A DNA stretch of 64,000 nt from Eledone cirrhosa (taxonomy: Eukaryota). The stretch is from NCBI GenBank assembly GCA_964016885.1, contig OZ024753.1:9114001-9178000 (forward strand), written 5' to 3'. Below the pieces are notes generated by a model. That model did not search any database, was not told where the DNA came from, and saw nothing but the letters and a program-made list of their open reading frames with translations. How positions within the stretch are numbered: the stretch's first letter is position 1; each line of letters opens with the position of its first letter. The position numbers were made by a program, and so were the translations under genes. Below are positions 48,401 to 63,000 of the stretch, one piece after another.

Positions 48401-51400
48401 AAAATATAGTTGAAAAAATATACATGTTCAAGTGAAATATAGTAGAGAAAATATACATGTTCAGGTGAAATATAGGAGAGAAAATTATACATGTTGAGGT
48501 GAAATGTAGGAGAAAAAACATATTTGAGAAAATATACATGATAAAATATACATGTTCAGGTGAAATATAGGAAAGAAAATATACATGTTCAGGTGAAATA
48601 TAGGAGAGAAAATTATACATGTTCAGGTGAAATATAGCAGAGAAAATATACATGTTCAGGTGAAATATAAGAGATGAAATATACATGTTCATGTGAAATA
48701 AAGGAGATAAAATACAGTGAAGAAAATATACATGTTTCAAGTAAAATATAGTAGATAAAATATAGGATAGAAAATTAAACATGTTCAGGTGAAATATAGG
48801 ACAGAAAAGATACATGTTCAGGTGAAATATAGGAGGGAAATATACATGTTTAGGTGAAATATAGGAGAGAAAATTTAGTTAAGAAAATATACATGTTCAA
48901 GTGAAACATAGGAAATAAAATATACATGTTCAGGTGAAACAGGAGAGAAAATATATATATGTTCAAGTGAAATGTAGGAGATGAAATATACATGTTCAGG
49001 TAAAACATAGGAGAAAAATATAGGAGATAAAATATACATGTTGAGGTGAAATATAGGAGAAAACATATACATGTTCAGGAGAAATATAGAAGAGAAAATA
49101 TAGTTAAGAAAATATACATAATCAAGTAAAATATAGTAGAGAAAATATACATATTCAGGTGAAATATAGGAGATGAAATATACATGTTCATGTGAAATAA
49201 AGGAGATAAAATACAGTGAAGAAAATATACATGTTTCAAGTAAAATATAGTAGATAAAATATAGGATAGAAAATTAAACATGTTCAGGTGAAATATAGGA
49301 CAGAAAAGATACATGTTCAGGTGAAATATATAGAGAGAAAATATAATTAAGAAAATATACATGTTCAGGTGAAACAGAGAAAATTATACATGTTCAGGTG
49401 AAATATAGGAGGGAAATATACATGTTTAGGTGAAATATAGGAGAGAAAATTTAGTTAAGAAAATATACATGTTCAAGTGAAACATAGGAAATAAAATATA
49501 CATGTTCAGGTGAAACAGGAGAGAAAATATATATATATGTTCAAGTGAAATGTAGGAGATGAAATATACATGTTCAGGTAAAACATAGGAGAAAAATATA
49601 GGAGATAAAATATACATGTTGAGGTGAAATATAGGAGAAAACATATACATGTTCAGGAGAAATATAGAAGAGAAAATATAGTTAAGAAAATATACATAAT
49701 CAAGTAAAATATAGTAGAGAAAATATACATATTCAGGTGAAATATAGGAGATAAAATATACTTGTTCAGGTGAAATATAGAAGATAAAGTATACATGTTC
49801 AGGGGAAATATAGAAGTGAAAATATAGGAGATAAAATATACATGCTCAGGTGAAAAATAAAAGACAAAATATAGTTGAGAAAATATACATGTTCAAGTGA
49901 AATATAGCAGAGAAGATATACATGTTCAGGTGAAATATAGGAGATAAAATATACATTTTCAGGTGAAATATAGGAGAGAAAATTATACATGTCCAGTTGA
50001 CATATAGGAGGGAAAATATACATGTTCAGATGAAACATAGGAGAGAAAATATACATGTTCAGGTGAAAAATAGAAGACAAAATATAGTTGAGAAAATATA
50101 CATGTTCAAGTGAAATATAGCAGAGAAGATATACATGTTCAGGTGAAATATAGGAGATAAAATTATACATGTTCAGGTGAAATATAGGAGGGAAAATATA
50201 TATGTTCAGGTGAAATATAGGGGATAAAATATACATGTTCAGATGAAATATAGGAGATAAAATATACATGTTGAGGTGAAATATAGGAGAAAACATATAC
50301 ATGTTCAGGTGAAATAAAGGAGATAAAATACAGTTAAGAAAATATACATGTTTCAAGTAAAATATAGTAGAGAAAATATACATGTTCAGGTGAAATATAG
50401 GAGATAAAATATAGGAGAGAAAAGATACATGTTCATGTGAAATATAGGAGAGAAAATATATATGTTCAAGTGAAATCTGGGAGATAAAATATACATGTTC
50501 AGGTGAAATATAGTAGAGAAAATATAGTTGAAAAAATATATATGTTCAAGTGAAATATAGTAGAGAAAATATACATGTTCAGGTGAAATATAGGAGAGAA
50601 AATTATACATGTTCAGGGGAAATATAACAGAGAAAATATACATGTTCAGGTGAAATGTAGGAGAAAAAATATATTTGAGAAAATATACATGTTCAAGTGA
50701 AATATAGGAGAGAAAATATACATGTTCAGGTGAAATATAGGAGAGAAAATTATACATGTTGAGGTGAAATATAGGAGAGAAAATATATATGTTCAGGTGA
50801 AATATAGGAGATGAAATATACATGTTCATGTGAAATAAAGGAGATAAAATACAGTGAAGAAAATATACACGTTTCAAGTAAAATATAGTGAAGAAAATAT
50901 ACACGTTTCAAGTAAAATATAGTAGAGAAAATATACATCTTCAGGTGAAATATAGGAGATAAAATATAGGATAGAAAATTATACATGTTCAGGTGAAATA
51001 TATAGAGAGAAAATATAATTAAGAAAATCTACATGTTCAGGTGAAACAGAGAAAATTATACATGTTCAGGTGAAATATAGGAGGGAAATATACATGTTTA
51101 GGTGAAATATAGGAGAGAAAATTTAGTTAAGAAAATATACATGTTCAAGTGAAATATAGGAGATAAAATATACATGTTCAGGTGAAACATAGGAGAGAAA
51201 ATATATATGTTCAAGTGAAATGTAGGAGATGAAATATACATGTTCAGGTAAAACATAGGAGAAAAATATAGGAGATAAAATATACATGTTGAGGTGAAAT
51301 ATAGGAGAAAACATATACATGTTCAGGTGAAATATAGAAGAGAAAATATAGTTAAGAAAATATACATAATCAAGTAAAATGTAGTAGAGAAAATATACAT

Positions 51401-54400
51401 GTTCAGGTGAAAAATAGAAGACAAAATATAGTTGAGAAAATATACATGTTCAAGTGAAATATAGCAGAGAAGATATACATGTTCAGGTGAAATATAGGAG
51501 ATAAAATAAAGGGGAGAAAATATACATGTTGAGGTGAAATATAGGAGATAAAATATACATGTTGAGGTGAAATATAGGAGAAAACATATACATGTTCAGG
51601 TGAAATAAAGGAGATAAAATACAGTTAAGAAAATATACATGTTTCAAGTAAAATATAGTAGAGAAAATATACATGTTCAGGTGAAATATAGGAGAGAAAA
51701 TTATACATGTTCAGGGGAAATATAACAGAGAAAATATACATGTTCAAGTGAAATGTAGGAGAAAAAATATATTTGAGAAAATATACATGTTCAAGTGAAA
51801 TATAGGAGAGAAAATATACATGTTCAGGTGAAATATAGGAGAGAAAATTATACATGTTCAGGTGAAATATAGGAGAGAAAATATATATGTTCAGGTGAAA
51901 TATAGGAGATGAAATATACATGTTCATGTGAAATAAAGGAGATAAAATACAGTTAAGAAAATATACATGTTTCAAGTAAAATATAGTAGAGAAAATATAC
52001 ATGTTCAGGTGAAATATAGGAGAGAAAATATAGGAGAGAAAAGATGTGTTCATGTGAAATATAGGAGATGAAATATACATGTTCATGTGAAATAAAGGAG
52101 ATAAAATACAGTTAAGAAAATATACATGTTTCAAGTAAAATATAGTAGAGAAAATATGCATGTTCAGGTGTAATATAGGAGAGAAAATATACATATTCAA
52201 GTGAAATGTAGGAGATAAAATAAACATGTTCAGGTGAAATATAGGAGAGAAAATATAGTTGAGAAAATATACATGTTCAAGTGAAATATAGTAGAGAAAA
52301 TATACATGTTAAGGTGAAATATAGGAGAGAAAACTATACATGTTCAGGTGAAATATAGCAGAGAAAATATAGATGTTCAGGTGAAATATAGGAGAAAACA
52401 TATACATGTTCAGGTGAAATAAAGGAGATAAAATACAGTTAAGAAAATATACATGTTTCAAGTAAAATATAGTAGAGAAAATATACATGATCAAGTAAAA
52501 TATAGTAGAGAAAATTATACATATTCAGGTGAAATATAGGAGAAAACATATACATGTTCAGGTGAAATAAAGGAGATAAAATACAGTTAAGAAAATATAC
52601 ATGTTTCAAGTAAAATATAGTAGAGAAAATATACATGTTCAGGTGAAATATAGGAGAGAAAATATGTATGTTCAAGTGAAATGTAGGAGAAAATATACAT
52701 GTTCAAGTGAAATGTAGGAGATAAAATATACATGTTCAGGTGAAATATAGTAGAGAAAATATACATGTTCAGGTATAGGTGAAATATAGGAGAGAAAATA
52801 TGTGTTCATGTGAAATATAGGAGATGAAATATACATGTTCATGTGAAATAAAGGAGATAAAATACAGTTAAGAAAATATACATGTTTCAAGTAAAATATA
52901 GTAGAGAAAATATACATGTTCAGGTGAAATATAGGAGAGAAAATATATATGTTCAAGTGAAATGTAGGAGAAAATATACATGTTCAAGTGAAATGTAGGA
53001 GATAAAATATAGTTGAAAAAATATACATGTTCAAGTGAAATATAGTAGAGAAAATATACATGTTCAGGTGAAATATAGGAGAGAAAATTATACATGTTGA
53101 GGTGAAATGTAGGAGAAAAAATATATTTGAGAAAATATACATGATAAAATATACATGTTCAGGTGAAATATAGCAGAGAAAATATACATGTTTGGGTGAA
53201 ATATAAGAGATGAAATATACATGTTCATGTGAAATAAAGGAGATAAAATACAGTTAAGAAAATATACATGTTTCAAGTAATATATAGTAGAGAAAATATA
53301 CATGTTCAGGTGAAATATAGGAGAGAAAATATAGGTGTTCATGTGAAATATAGGAGATGAAATATACATGTTCATGTGAAATAAAGGAGATAAAATACAG
53401 TTAAGAAAATATACATGTTTCAAGTAATATATAGTAGAGAAAATATACATGTTCAGGTGAAATATAGGAGAGAAAATATAGGTGTTCATGTGAAATATAG
53501 GAGACAAAATATGCATGTTCAGGTGAAATATAGGAGAGAAAATATAGTTGAGAAAATATACATGTTCAAGTGAAATATAGCCGAGAAAATATACATGTTC
53601 AGGTGAAATATAGGAGAGAAAATATACATGTTCAGGTGAAATATAGGAGAGAAAATATATATGTTCAGCTGAAATATAGGTGATGAAATATACATCTTCA
53701 GGTGAAATATAGGAGATAAAATAAAGGGGAGAAAATATACAGTTCAGGTGAAATATAGAAGATAAAGTATACATGTTCAGGTAAAACATAGGAGAAAAAT
53801 ATAGGAGATAAAATATACATGTTGAATTGAAATATAGGAGAAAACATATACATGTTCAGGTGAAATATAGCACAGAAAATATACATGATCAGGTGAAATA
53901 TAGAGGTGAAATATTGGAGTGAAAATATATATGTTCAGGTGAAATATATTGTAGAAAATATACATGTTCAGGTGAAATATTATAGTGAAAATATACATGT
54001 TCAAGTGAAATATAGGAGATAAAAAATACATGTTCAGGTGAAATATAGCAGAGCTAAATATACATGTTCATGTGAAACATAGGAGAGAAAATATAGGAGA
54101 TAAAATATCAATGTTGAGGTGAAATATAGGAGAGAAAATATAGTTAACGAAATATACATTTTCTAGTAAAATATAGTAGAGAAATTATACATGTTCAGGT
54201 GAAATTTAGGAGATCAAATATAGGAGATAAAATATATATGTTCAAGTGAAATATAGTAGAGAAAATGTACATGTAAAATATAGGAGAGAAAATTATACAT
54301 GTTCAGGTGAAATATAGGGGAGAAAATATACATGTTCAGGGGAAATATAGGAGAGAAAATATACATGTTTAGGTGAAATATAGTAGAAAATATAGAGAGA

Positions 54401-55730
54401 AAATATATAGAGAAAATATAGGGCAGAATATATACATGTTCAGGTGAAATATAGGAGAGAAAAGATACATGTTCAAGTGAAATATAGTAGAGAAAATATA
54501 CATGTTCAGTTGAAATATAGGGATAAAATATACATATTCAGGTGAAATATAGGAAAGAAAATATACATGTTCAGGTGAAATATAGGAGAGAAAATATACA
54601 TGTACAGGTGAAATACAGGAGAAAAAATATAGGGGAGAAAATAAACATGTTCAGGTGAAATATAGGAGAGAAAATTATATATGTTCAGGTGAAATATAGG
54701 ATGGAAAATATACATGTTCAGGTGAAATATAGGATGGAAAATATACATGTTCAGGTGAAATATAGGAGAGAAAATATACATGTTCAGGTTAAATATAGCA
54801 TAGAAGATATACATGTTCAGGTGAAATATAGGAGATAAAATATACATGTTCAGGTGAAATCTAGGAGAGAAAATTATACATGTTCAGGTGAAATACATGG
54901 GTGAATATATACATGTTCAGGTGAAATATAGGAGAGAAAATATACTTGTTCAGGTGAAATATAGGGTAGAAAATTATACATGTTCAGGTGAAATATAGGA
55001 GAGAAAATTATACATATCCAGGTGAAATATAGGAGATAAAATTATACATGGACAGGTGAAATATTGGAGCAAAAATATACATGTTCAGGTGAAAAATAGG
55101 GGAGAAAATATACATGTTCAGGTGAAATAAAGGAGAGAAATTATGCGTGTTTAGGTGAAATATAGGAGAGAAAATATACATGTTCAAGTGAAATATAGGA
55201 GAGAAAATATACATGTTCAGGTGAAATATAGGAGAGAAAATTATATATGTTCAGGTGAAATATAGGGGGGAAAATATACATTTTCAGGTGAAATATAGCA
55301 GAGAAAATATACATGTTCAGGTGAAATATAGGGGAGATAAAATACATGTTCAGGTGAAATATAGGAGAGAACATATGGGGGAGAAGATATACATGTTTAG
55401 GTGAAATATAGGAGATAAAATATACATGTTCAGGTGAAATCTAGGAGAGAAAATATACACGTTCAGGTGAAATCTAGGAGAGAAAATATATATTTCTTTA
55501 TTTACCATAAAGGTATAAAGATAGGAGAGAAAATATAGGAGATAAAATATAAATGTTCAGGACAAAATATAGGAATGAAAGTTATACATGTTCAGGTGAA
55601 ATCTAGGAGAGAAAATATACTTGTGCAGGTGAAATATAGGGGAGAAAATATACATGTTCAGGTGAAATATAGGAGAAAATATACATGTTCAGGTGAAATA
55701 TAGGAGAAAATTATACATGTTCAGGTGAAG
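45478..55730. repeat. ~10.2-kb satellite with a 33-bp base unit, ~14-15-bp subunits and kb-scale internal duplications
   Basis: Unit AAAATATACATGTTCAGGTGAAATATAGGAGAG; source of all the MYIFSPIFHLN and YISPEHVYF ORFs. Confidence 0.97.
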
Positions 55731-55899
55731 AAATATGTATTAAATAAACAAGGAATTGATTTATACTGAAACGCTGCATTATTTTATAGATTCTAAAGAT
55801 TATTCCCTGGGAACATGTATATTTAATGTACATGACATAGTGTGTGTGTTAAGGCTGAGCCTTTGTATTGCTTGCACATTTTATTTGTGGGAGCTGAAC

Positions 55900-56245
55900 A
55901 TCATCATCATCAGAACCACCACAACCACGACCATACCACCATCACCATGAACACTACCACCACCACTATCATCATCATTATCACCATCACTGCTATCACC
56001 ATCATCATCATCATCATCATATTCCCACCACTGATACCAACACCACTGCTATCATCATCATTATCATCATCATTATCACCACCACTACCACCAGCAATAT
56101 TATCATCATCATTATCGCCTTCATCGTATCACCACACCTGATACCACCACCATCACCAACACCGCTATCACCATGATCATCATCACATTGCCACCTCTGA
56201 TACCACCATCACCATCACCTTCACCAGCAACAACACCACTGCCAC
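55900..56245. repeat. (CAT/CAC)n decayed microsatellite
   Basis: Direct inspection. Confidence 0.9.
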
Positions 56246-56249
56246 CAGA

Positions 56250-56620
56250 GCATTTCTCCACATGGCACAATCCTTCGTCATCTCAACTATGAGTTTACAG
56301 TGATTTGAGATAAGTTCTCACCACCTCTGCTTAGGACTTCCTTGGTTTACCTCTACAGTAGCTTCCTACCACTGGGGTATGTTGGCACGTCTTCACCCAG
56401 AGATTGCCATCCATTTGCATCACACATCCATACCAATGCTGTCTTCACTCTTGCACACCACTTCTGACCCCTCTTATACTCAGTTTTTCTCTCAGCCCAT
56501 CCAAGCTCTGTCATTTTCGTACAGTGAGCAAAGTGAAATAAAAGTGCCACTGAGATTCAACCTCATAACTTTGATCATGGGTTGAACACCCTAACCACTA
56601 AGCCATCTACCACCCCACAT
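56250..56620 (-). mobile_element. Old RTE fragment followed by a SINE head remnant
   Basis: Minus strand GVRSGVQE*RQHWYGCVMQM; SINE-A-like CTAACCACTAAGCCAT near 56590-56606. Confidence 0.6.
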
Positions 56621-57126
56621 TGGAGTGTATATTGAGAGAGATTAAGCTATAGAGATTTAGTGAAGTCGTGTAGTTGAGATGGTAGAGAATTGGATTCGCT
56701 GTGATTTTGATTTCCAGACTGGGCAACGCGTTATGTCCTTGAGCAAGACACTTTTTTTTCTTGTTGCCCCTTCTACCTTTATTTGCAACCGCCAGGTAGT
56801 ATTAGCAACTGGAAAGAATGATGGAAACATTGTTTCTTTGGTCCGATTTCACGAGCTCCTCCTCGTTAAGTGAATGAGGTCTGGGATATTGTCGATCGAC
56901 TATCGACTGAGCTTTACAATTCTATTGTTACTGTTCAATTCATATGTCATCATTTAGTGATTAGTGATATTGAGAGTGTTCAATAAAATCAAAGGTTTTT
57001 TCCAATATGTGAATATTGAAATTTTTCAAAACTTATCTGATACATACTGACTGGCATAAAAGGATGTGAAACAGTAGAAATTTAAAACAAAATAATTGAT
57101 TTATATTTTCTGATATATATATATAT

Positions 57127-57475
57127 GGAGGCACATGGCTTAGTGGTTAGAGCATTGGCCTTGCAATCAAAAGGTTGTGAATTCAATTCTCAGGCCAGGT
57201 GGTGTGTTGTTTCCTTGAGCAAGACACTTTATTTCACATTGCTCCAGTTCACTCAGCTGTAGAAATGTGATGATAGGGATCCCAGTCCCTATCATTCCAC
57301 TGCAAAGTGGTCGTGGAGGTGCCACGGCAAAAAAGCACCCAGCACTCACTGTAAATGAGGTTGGCGTTAGGAAGGGCATCCAGCTCTAGAAATCAAGCCA
57401 GAATCAGTTCCCGTCCCACCCTTGCAAGCAGGGAAAAGTGGACGTAAATTGAAATGAAATGAAATTGAAATGAAA
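57127..57475 (+). mobile_element. SINE family A
   Basis: Full-length copy with a (GAAAT)n tail. Confidence 0.92.
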
Positions 57476-57814
57476 TCATCATCATCATCATTTTACGTCT
57501 GCTTTTCCCTGCTTGCAAGGGTGGGACGGGAACAGATTCTGGCTTGATTTCTACAGCTGGATGCCCTTCCTAACACCAACCTCATTTACAGTGAGTGTTG
57601 GGTGCTTTTTTGCCGTGGCACCTCCACGACCACTTTGCAGTAGAATGATAGGGACCCCGGTCCCTATCATCTCATTTCTACAGCTGAGTAAACTGGAGCA
57701 ATGTGATATAAAGTGTCTTGCTCAAGGAAACAACACATCACCTGGTCTGAGAATTGAACTCACAACCTTTCGATTGCAAGCCCAATGCTCTAACCACTAA
57801 GCCCTGTGTCTTCA
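57476..57814 (-). mobile_element. SINE family A, tail-to-tail with the previous copy
   Basis: Full-length reverse complement of the family. Confidence 0.92.
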
Positions 57815-57886
57815 CATATGTATATATATACCTATGCTAGTGTGGAAGATGGATGTTAAATGATGATGATGATCATACATATATAC

Positions 57887-57924
<38 letters not shown>

Positions 57925-58397
57925 CCATGACCAGTTTCCGTATGAGCAAGACAAGGTCAGCCGACCGGACACTGCCCACAACAGGACAACCCGTCTAATC
58001 CATACTAGTGTGGAAGAACGGACGTAAAAACGGTGATGATGTTGATGTTGATGATATATATATTTATATACACATACATATATCAAATGAAAAAACGAAG
58101 TTAAATACTCGTGTTAATCACCTGTAATTTAATGAGATCAAGGAATAAGTTTCTTTAGAAGTGTCAGCCATGGTGTCTTTACCCCTGTTGAAAGTATGGT
58201 ATTGACACTTTATATGGCAAAACATTCTCTTTTGTGATTTCTTCTCTATATAATGTATTATACAGAGATAATGAAAGTGGAATAATACACTATTATTTTG
58301 GTATGGTGCAATTGTAGAAATTAAAGATGGAATTTGAATAACAACCTTGGTTTTTCCTTTAGTATCATATATATATATATAAATATATATAGACATG

Positions 58398-58432
<35 letters not shown>

Positions 58433-58599
58433 TGATATATATATAAATATGCACATATCTAAACATGCACATATCTATATATATATAATAATGAAATTGA
58501 CTAAGAATCTGTCAACTAAGGTTAAAATGTTTGTGAATTGCATATGTAAAACCACAAAATCCAAATCTGATAATTACCACTATATTTCATTAATTTTAG

Positions 58600-59039
58600 A
58601 GTCATATGTTTATTATATATATAGATATATATATATAAATAAATATATATATATATATTCCTATACATGTATACATACACACATACATATATATGTATAT
58701 ATATATATATACATACATATATGTATATATACATATATGTATATATACATATTAATATATATATATACACACTTATATAAATACATATATATACACACAC
58801 ACATATATATATATATAGATATACATAAATATATATACATATATATACATATACATATACATAAATATATATACATTTACATATATATACATATATATAT
58901 ACATATATACATGTACATACATATATATGCATATACATATACATGTATATATATACATATGTATATACATATACATGTATATATATACATATGTATATAT
59001 ATATATATAAATGCTTACACATACACACACACACAAATA

Positions 59040-59071
<32 letters not shown>

Positions 59072-59752
59072 CACACACCCACACTCACTCATATATATAT
59101 ATAATTATAATTTATACAATAATAACTGATTATACATATTAAAATTCATAAAATTTAATGTGCATAGAATTCGACATTTCTTTTTCCATATGCCAACAAC
59201 AGACACTATTAATGATGTATTAAATTATAAGGGATTTTGATAAAGTCCATATGAGATTCTGGAGAAATTTACCCCTACCAACAATAGCAGAAAGATTTGA
59301 AATTTGAATAATTCTTAGTTAATACAATGGCAAATGTAATGTTAATTAGTAATTGTATTGAAAATATGATAAACTCATTTGAAAAAAAAATATTGTCCAC
59401 AAGTAGAAAAGGACAGGGAAGGGAAGTAATCCATACAGACACATATATATATATATATACACATTCACATATATACATATATATATACATGTATACACAC
59501 ACACACACATATGTATATACACTCACATATACACACACACATACACACATTCACATATATACATACATATATATATATATATACACATGTATACACTGAC
59601 ATATACACACACATATATATATATACACACATGTATACACTCACATATACACACACACATATACATATATATATATACACATTCACATATATACATACAC
59701 ACATATACATATATATATATACACATTCACATATATACATACACACACATAT

Positions 59753-59783
<31 letters not shown>

Positions 59784-59810
59784 CACATTCACATATATAC
59801 ATACATATAA

Positions 59811-59842
<32 letters not shown>

Positions 59843-59900
59843 GCACATATATATATACTTACATATATAGTATATGCATACATACATATATATACATGGA
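58600..59900. repeat. Two (TA)/(CA) compound microsatellite blocks (about 58600-59105 and 59440-59900)
   Basis: Direct inspection. Confidence 0.9.
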
Positions 59901-60060
59901 GAGAGAATGACTTACCATGCTTTATGTTCCAAAACATGTTGCCATGTTCCAAAACAAAGCAGATGACTGTCTCACTCATATATTCCATTCTGGAATGGTT
60001 TCTACAGCTGGACGCCTTTCCTATATAAACCTTTTCAGTGTGTACTGGATACATTTGATC

Positions 60061-63000
60061 ATGGGACCAACACTACTTCATCACAGATTGGACTGAGTAC
60101 TTCCTATACTGGCACCAACACTACTACGTCACAGGTTAGACTGAGTACTTCTTATACTGGGACCAACACTACTACGTCACAGGCTGGACTGAGTACTTCT
60201 TATACTGGCACCAACACTACTTCATCACAGATTGGACTGAGTACTTCCTATACTGGCACCAACACTACTACGTCACAGGCTGGACTGAGTACTTCTTATA
60301 CTGGCACCAACACTACTTCATCACAGGTTGGACTGAGTACTTCTTATACTGGGACCAACACTACTACGTCACAGGCTGGACTGAGTACTTCTTATACTGG
60401 CACCAACACTACTACATCACAGGCTGGACTGAGTACTTCTTATACTGGGACCAACACTACTACGTCACAGGCTGGACTGAGTACTTCCTATACTGGCACC
60501 AACACTACTACGTCACAGGTTGGACTGAGTACTTCTTATACTGGGACCAACACTACTTCATCACAGGCTGGACTGAGTACTTATTATACTGGCACCAACA
60601 CTACTACGTCACAGGTTGGACTGAGTACTTCTTATACTGGGACCAACACTACTACATCACAGGTTGGACTGAGTACTTCCTATACTGGCACCAATACTAC
60701 TACATCACAGATTAGACTGAGTACTTCTTATACTGGCACCAACACTACTTCATCACAGGCTGGACTGAGTACTTCTTATACTGGCACCAACACTACTACA
60801 TCACAGATTGGACTGAGTACTTCTTATACTGGCACCAACACTACTACGTCACAGGCTGGACTGAGTACTTCTTATACTGGGACCAACACTACTACGTCAC
60901 AGGCTGGACTGAGTACTTCTTATACTGGCACCAACACTACTACGTCACAGGTTGGACTGAGTACTTCTTATACTGGCACCAACACTACTACGTCACAGGC
61001 TGGACTGAGTACTTCTTATACTGGGACCAACACTACTACGTCACAGGCTGGACTGAGTACTTCTTATACTGGCACCAACACTACTACGTCACAGGCTGGA
61101 CTGAGTACTTCTTATACTGGCACCAACACTACTACGTCACAGGCTGGACTGAGTACTTCTTATACTGGCACCAACACTACTACGTCACAGGCTGGACTGA
61201 GTACTTCTTATACTGGCACCAACACTACTACGTCACAGGCTGGACTGAGAACTTCCTATACTGGCACCAACACTACTACATCACAGGCTGGACTGAGTAC
61301 TTCTTATACTGGCACCAACACTACTTCATCACAGGCTGGACTGAGTACTTCTTATACTGGCACCAACACTACTACATCACAGGCTGGACTGAGTACTTCC
61401 TATACTGGCACCAACACTACTACATCACAGATTAGACTGAGTACTTCTTATACTGGCACCAACACTACTACGTCACAGATTGGACTGAGTACTTCTTATA
61501 CTGGGACCAACACTACTACGTCACAGGCTGGACTGAGTACTTCTTATACTGGCACCAACACTACTACGTCACAGGCTGGACTGAGTACTTCTTATACTGG
61601 CACCAACACTACTACGTCACAGGTTGGACTGAGTACTTCTTATACTGGCACCAACACTACTACGTCACAGGCTGGACTGAGTACTTCTTATACTGGCACC
61701 AACACTACTACGTCACAGGCTGGACTGAGTACTTCTTATACTGGCACCAACACTACTACGTCACAGGTTGGACTGAGTACTTCTTATACTGGCACCAACA
61801 CTACTACGTCACAGGCTGGACTGAGTACTTCTTATACTGGCACCAACACTACTACGTCACAGGCTGGACTGAGTACTTCTTATACTGGCACCAACACTAC
61901 TACGTCACAGGTTGGACTGAGTACTTCTTATACTGGGACCAACACTACTACGTCACAGGCTGGACTGAGTACTTCTTATACTGGCACCAACACTACTACG
62001 TCACAGGCTGGACTGAGTACTTCTTATACTGGCACCAACACTACTACGTCACAGGTTGGACTGAGTACTTCTTATACTGGCACCAACACTACTACGTCAC
62101 AGGCTGGACTGAGTACTTCATATACTGGCACCAACACTACTACATCACAGATTAGACTGAGTACTTCTTATACTGGCACCAACACTACTTCATCACAGGT
62201 TGGACTGAGTACTTCTTATACTGGCACCAACACTACTACATCACAGATTGGACTGAGTACTTCTTATACTGGCACCAACACTACTACGTCACAGGTTGGA
62301 CTGAGTACTTCTTATACTGGCACCAACACTACTACGTCACAGGCTGGACTGAGTACTTCTTATACTGGCACCAACACTACAACATCACAGGCTGGACTGA
62401 GTACTTCTTATACTGGGACCAACACTACTTCATCACAGATTGGACTGAGTACTTCCTATACTGGCACCAACACTACTACGTCACAGGCTGGACTGAGTAC
62501 TTCTTATACTGGCACCAACACTACTTCATCACAGGTTGGACTGAGTACTTCTTATACTGGGAACAACACTACTACGTCACAGGCTGGACTGAGTACTTCT
62601 TATACTGGCACCAACACTACTACGTCACAGGTTGGACTGAGTACTTCTTATACTGGCACCAACACTACTACATCACAGGTTGGACTGAGTACTTCCTATA
62701 CCGGCACCAACACTACTACATCACAGATTAGACTGAGTACTTCTTATACTGGCACCAACACTACTTCATCACAGGCTGGACTGAGTACTTCTTATACTGG
62801 CACCAACACTACTACATCACAGATTGGACTGAGTACTTCTTATACTGGCACCAACACTACTACGTCACAGACTGGACTGAGTACTTCTTATACTGGCACC
62901 AACACTACTACGTCACAGGCTGGACTGAGTACTTCTTATACTGGCACCAACACTACTACGTCACAGGCTGGACTGAGTACTTCTTATACTGGGACCAACA

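Noticed and set aside
45420-55374. Dozens of MYIFSPIFHLN and YISPEHVYF ORFs as a repeat protein
   Set aside because: These are translations of a 33-bp satellite with frequent frameshifts and stops in every frame.
12914-57800. Recurring MPFLTPTSFTVSAGCFF ORFs as a small gene family
   Set aside because: They are antisense translations of SINE-A and RTE tails, and their ends vary with random indels.
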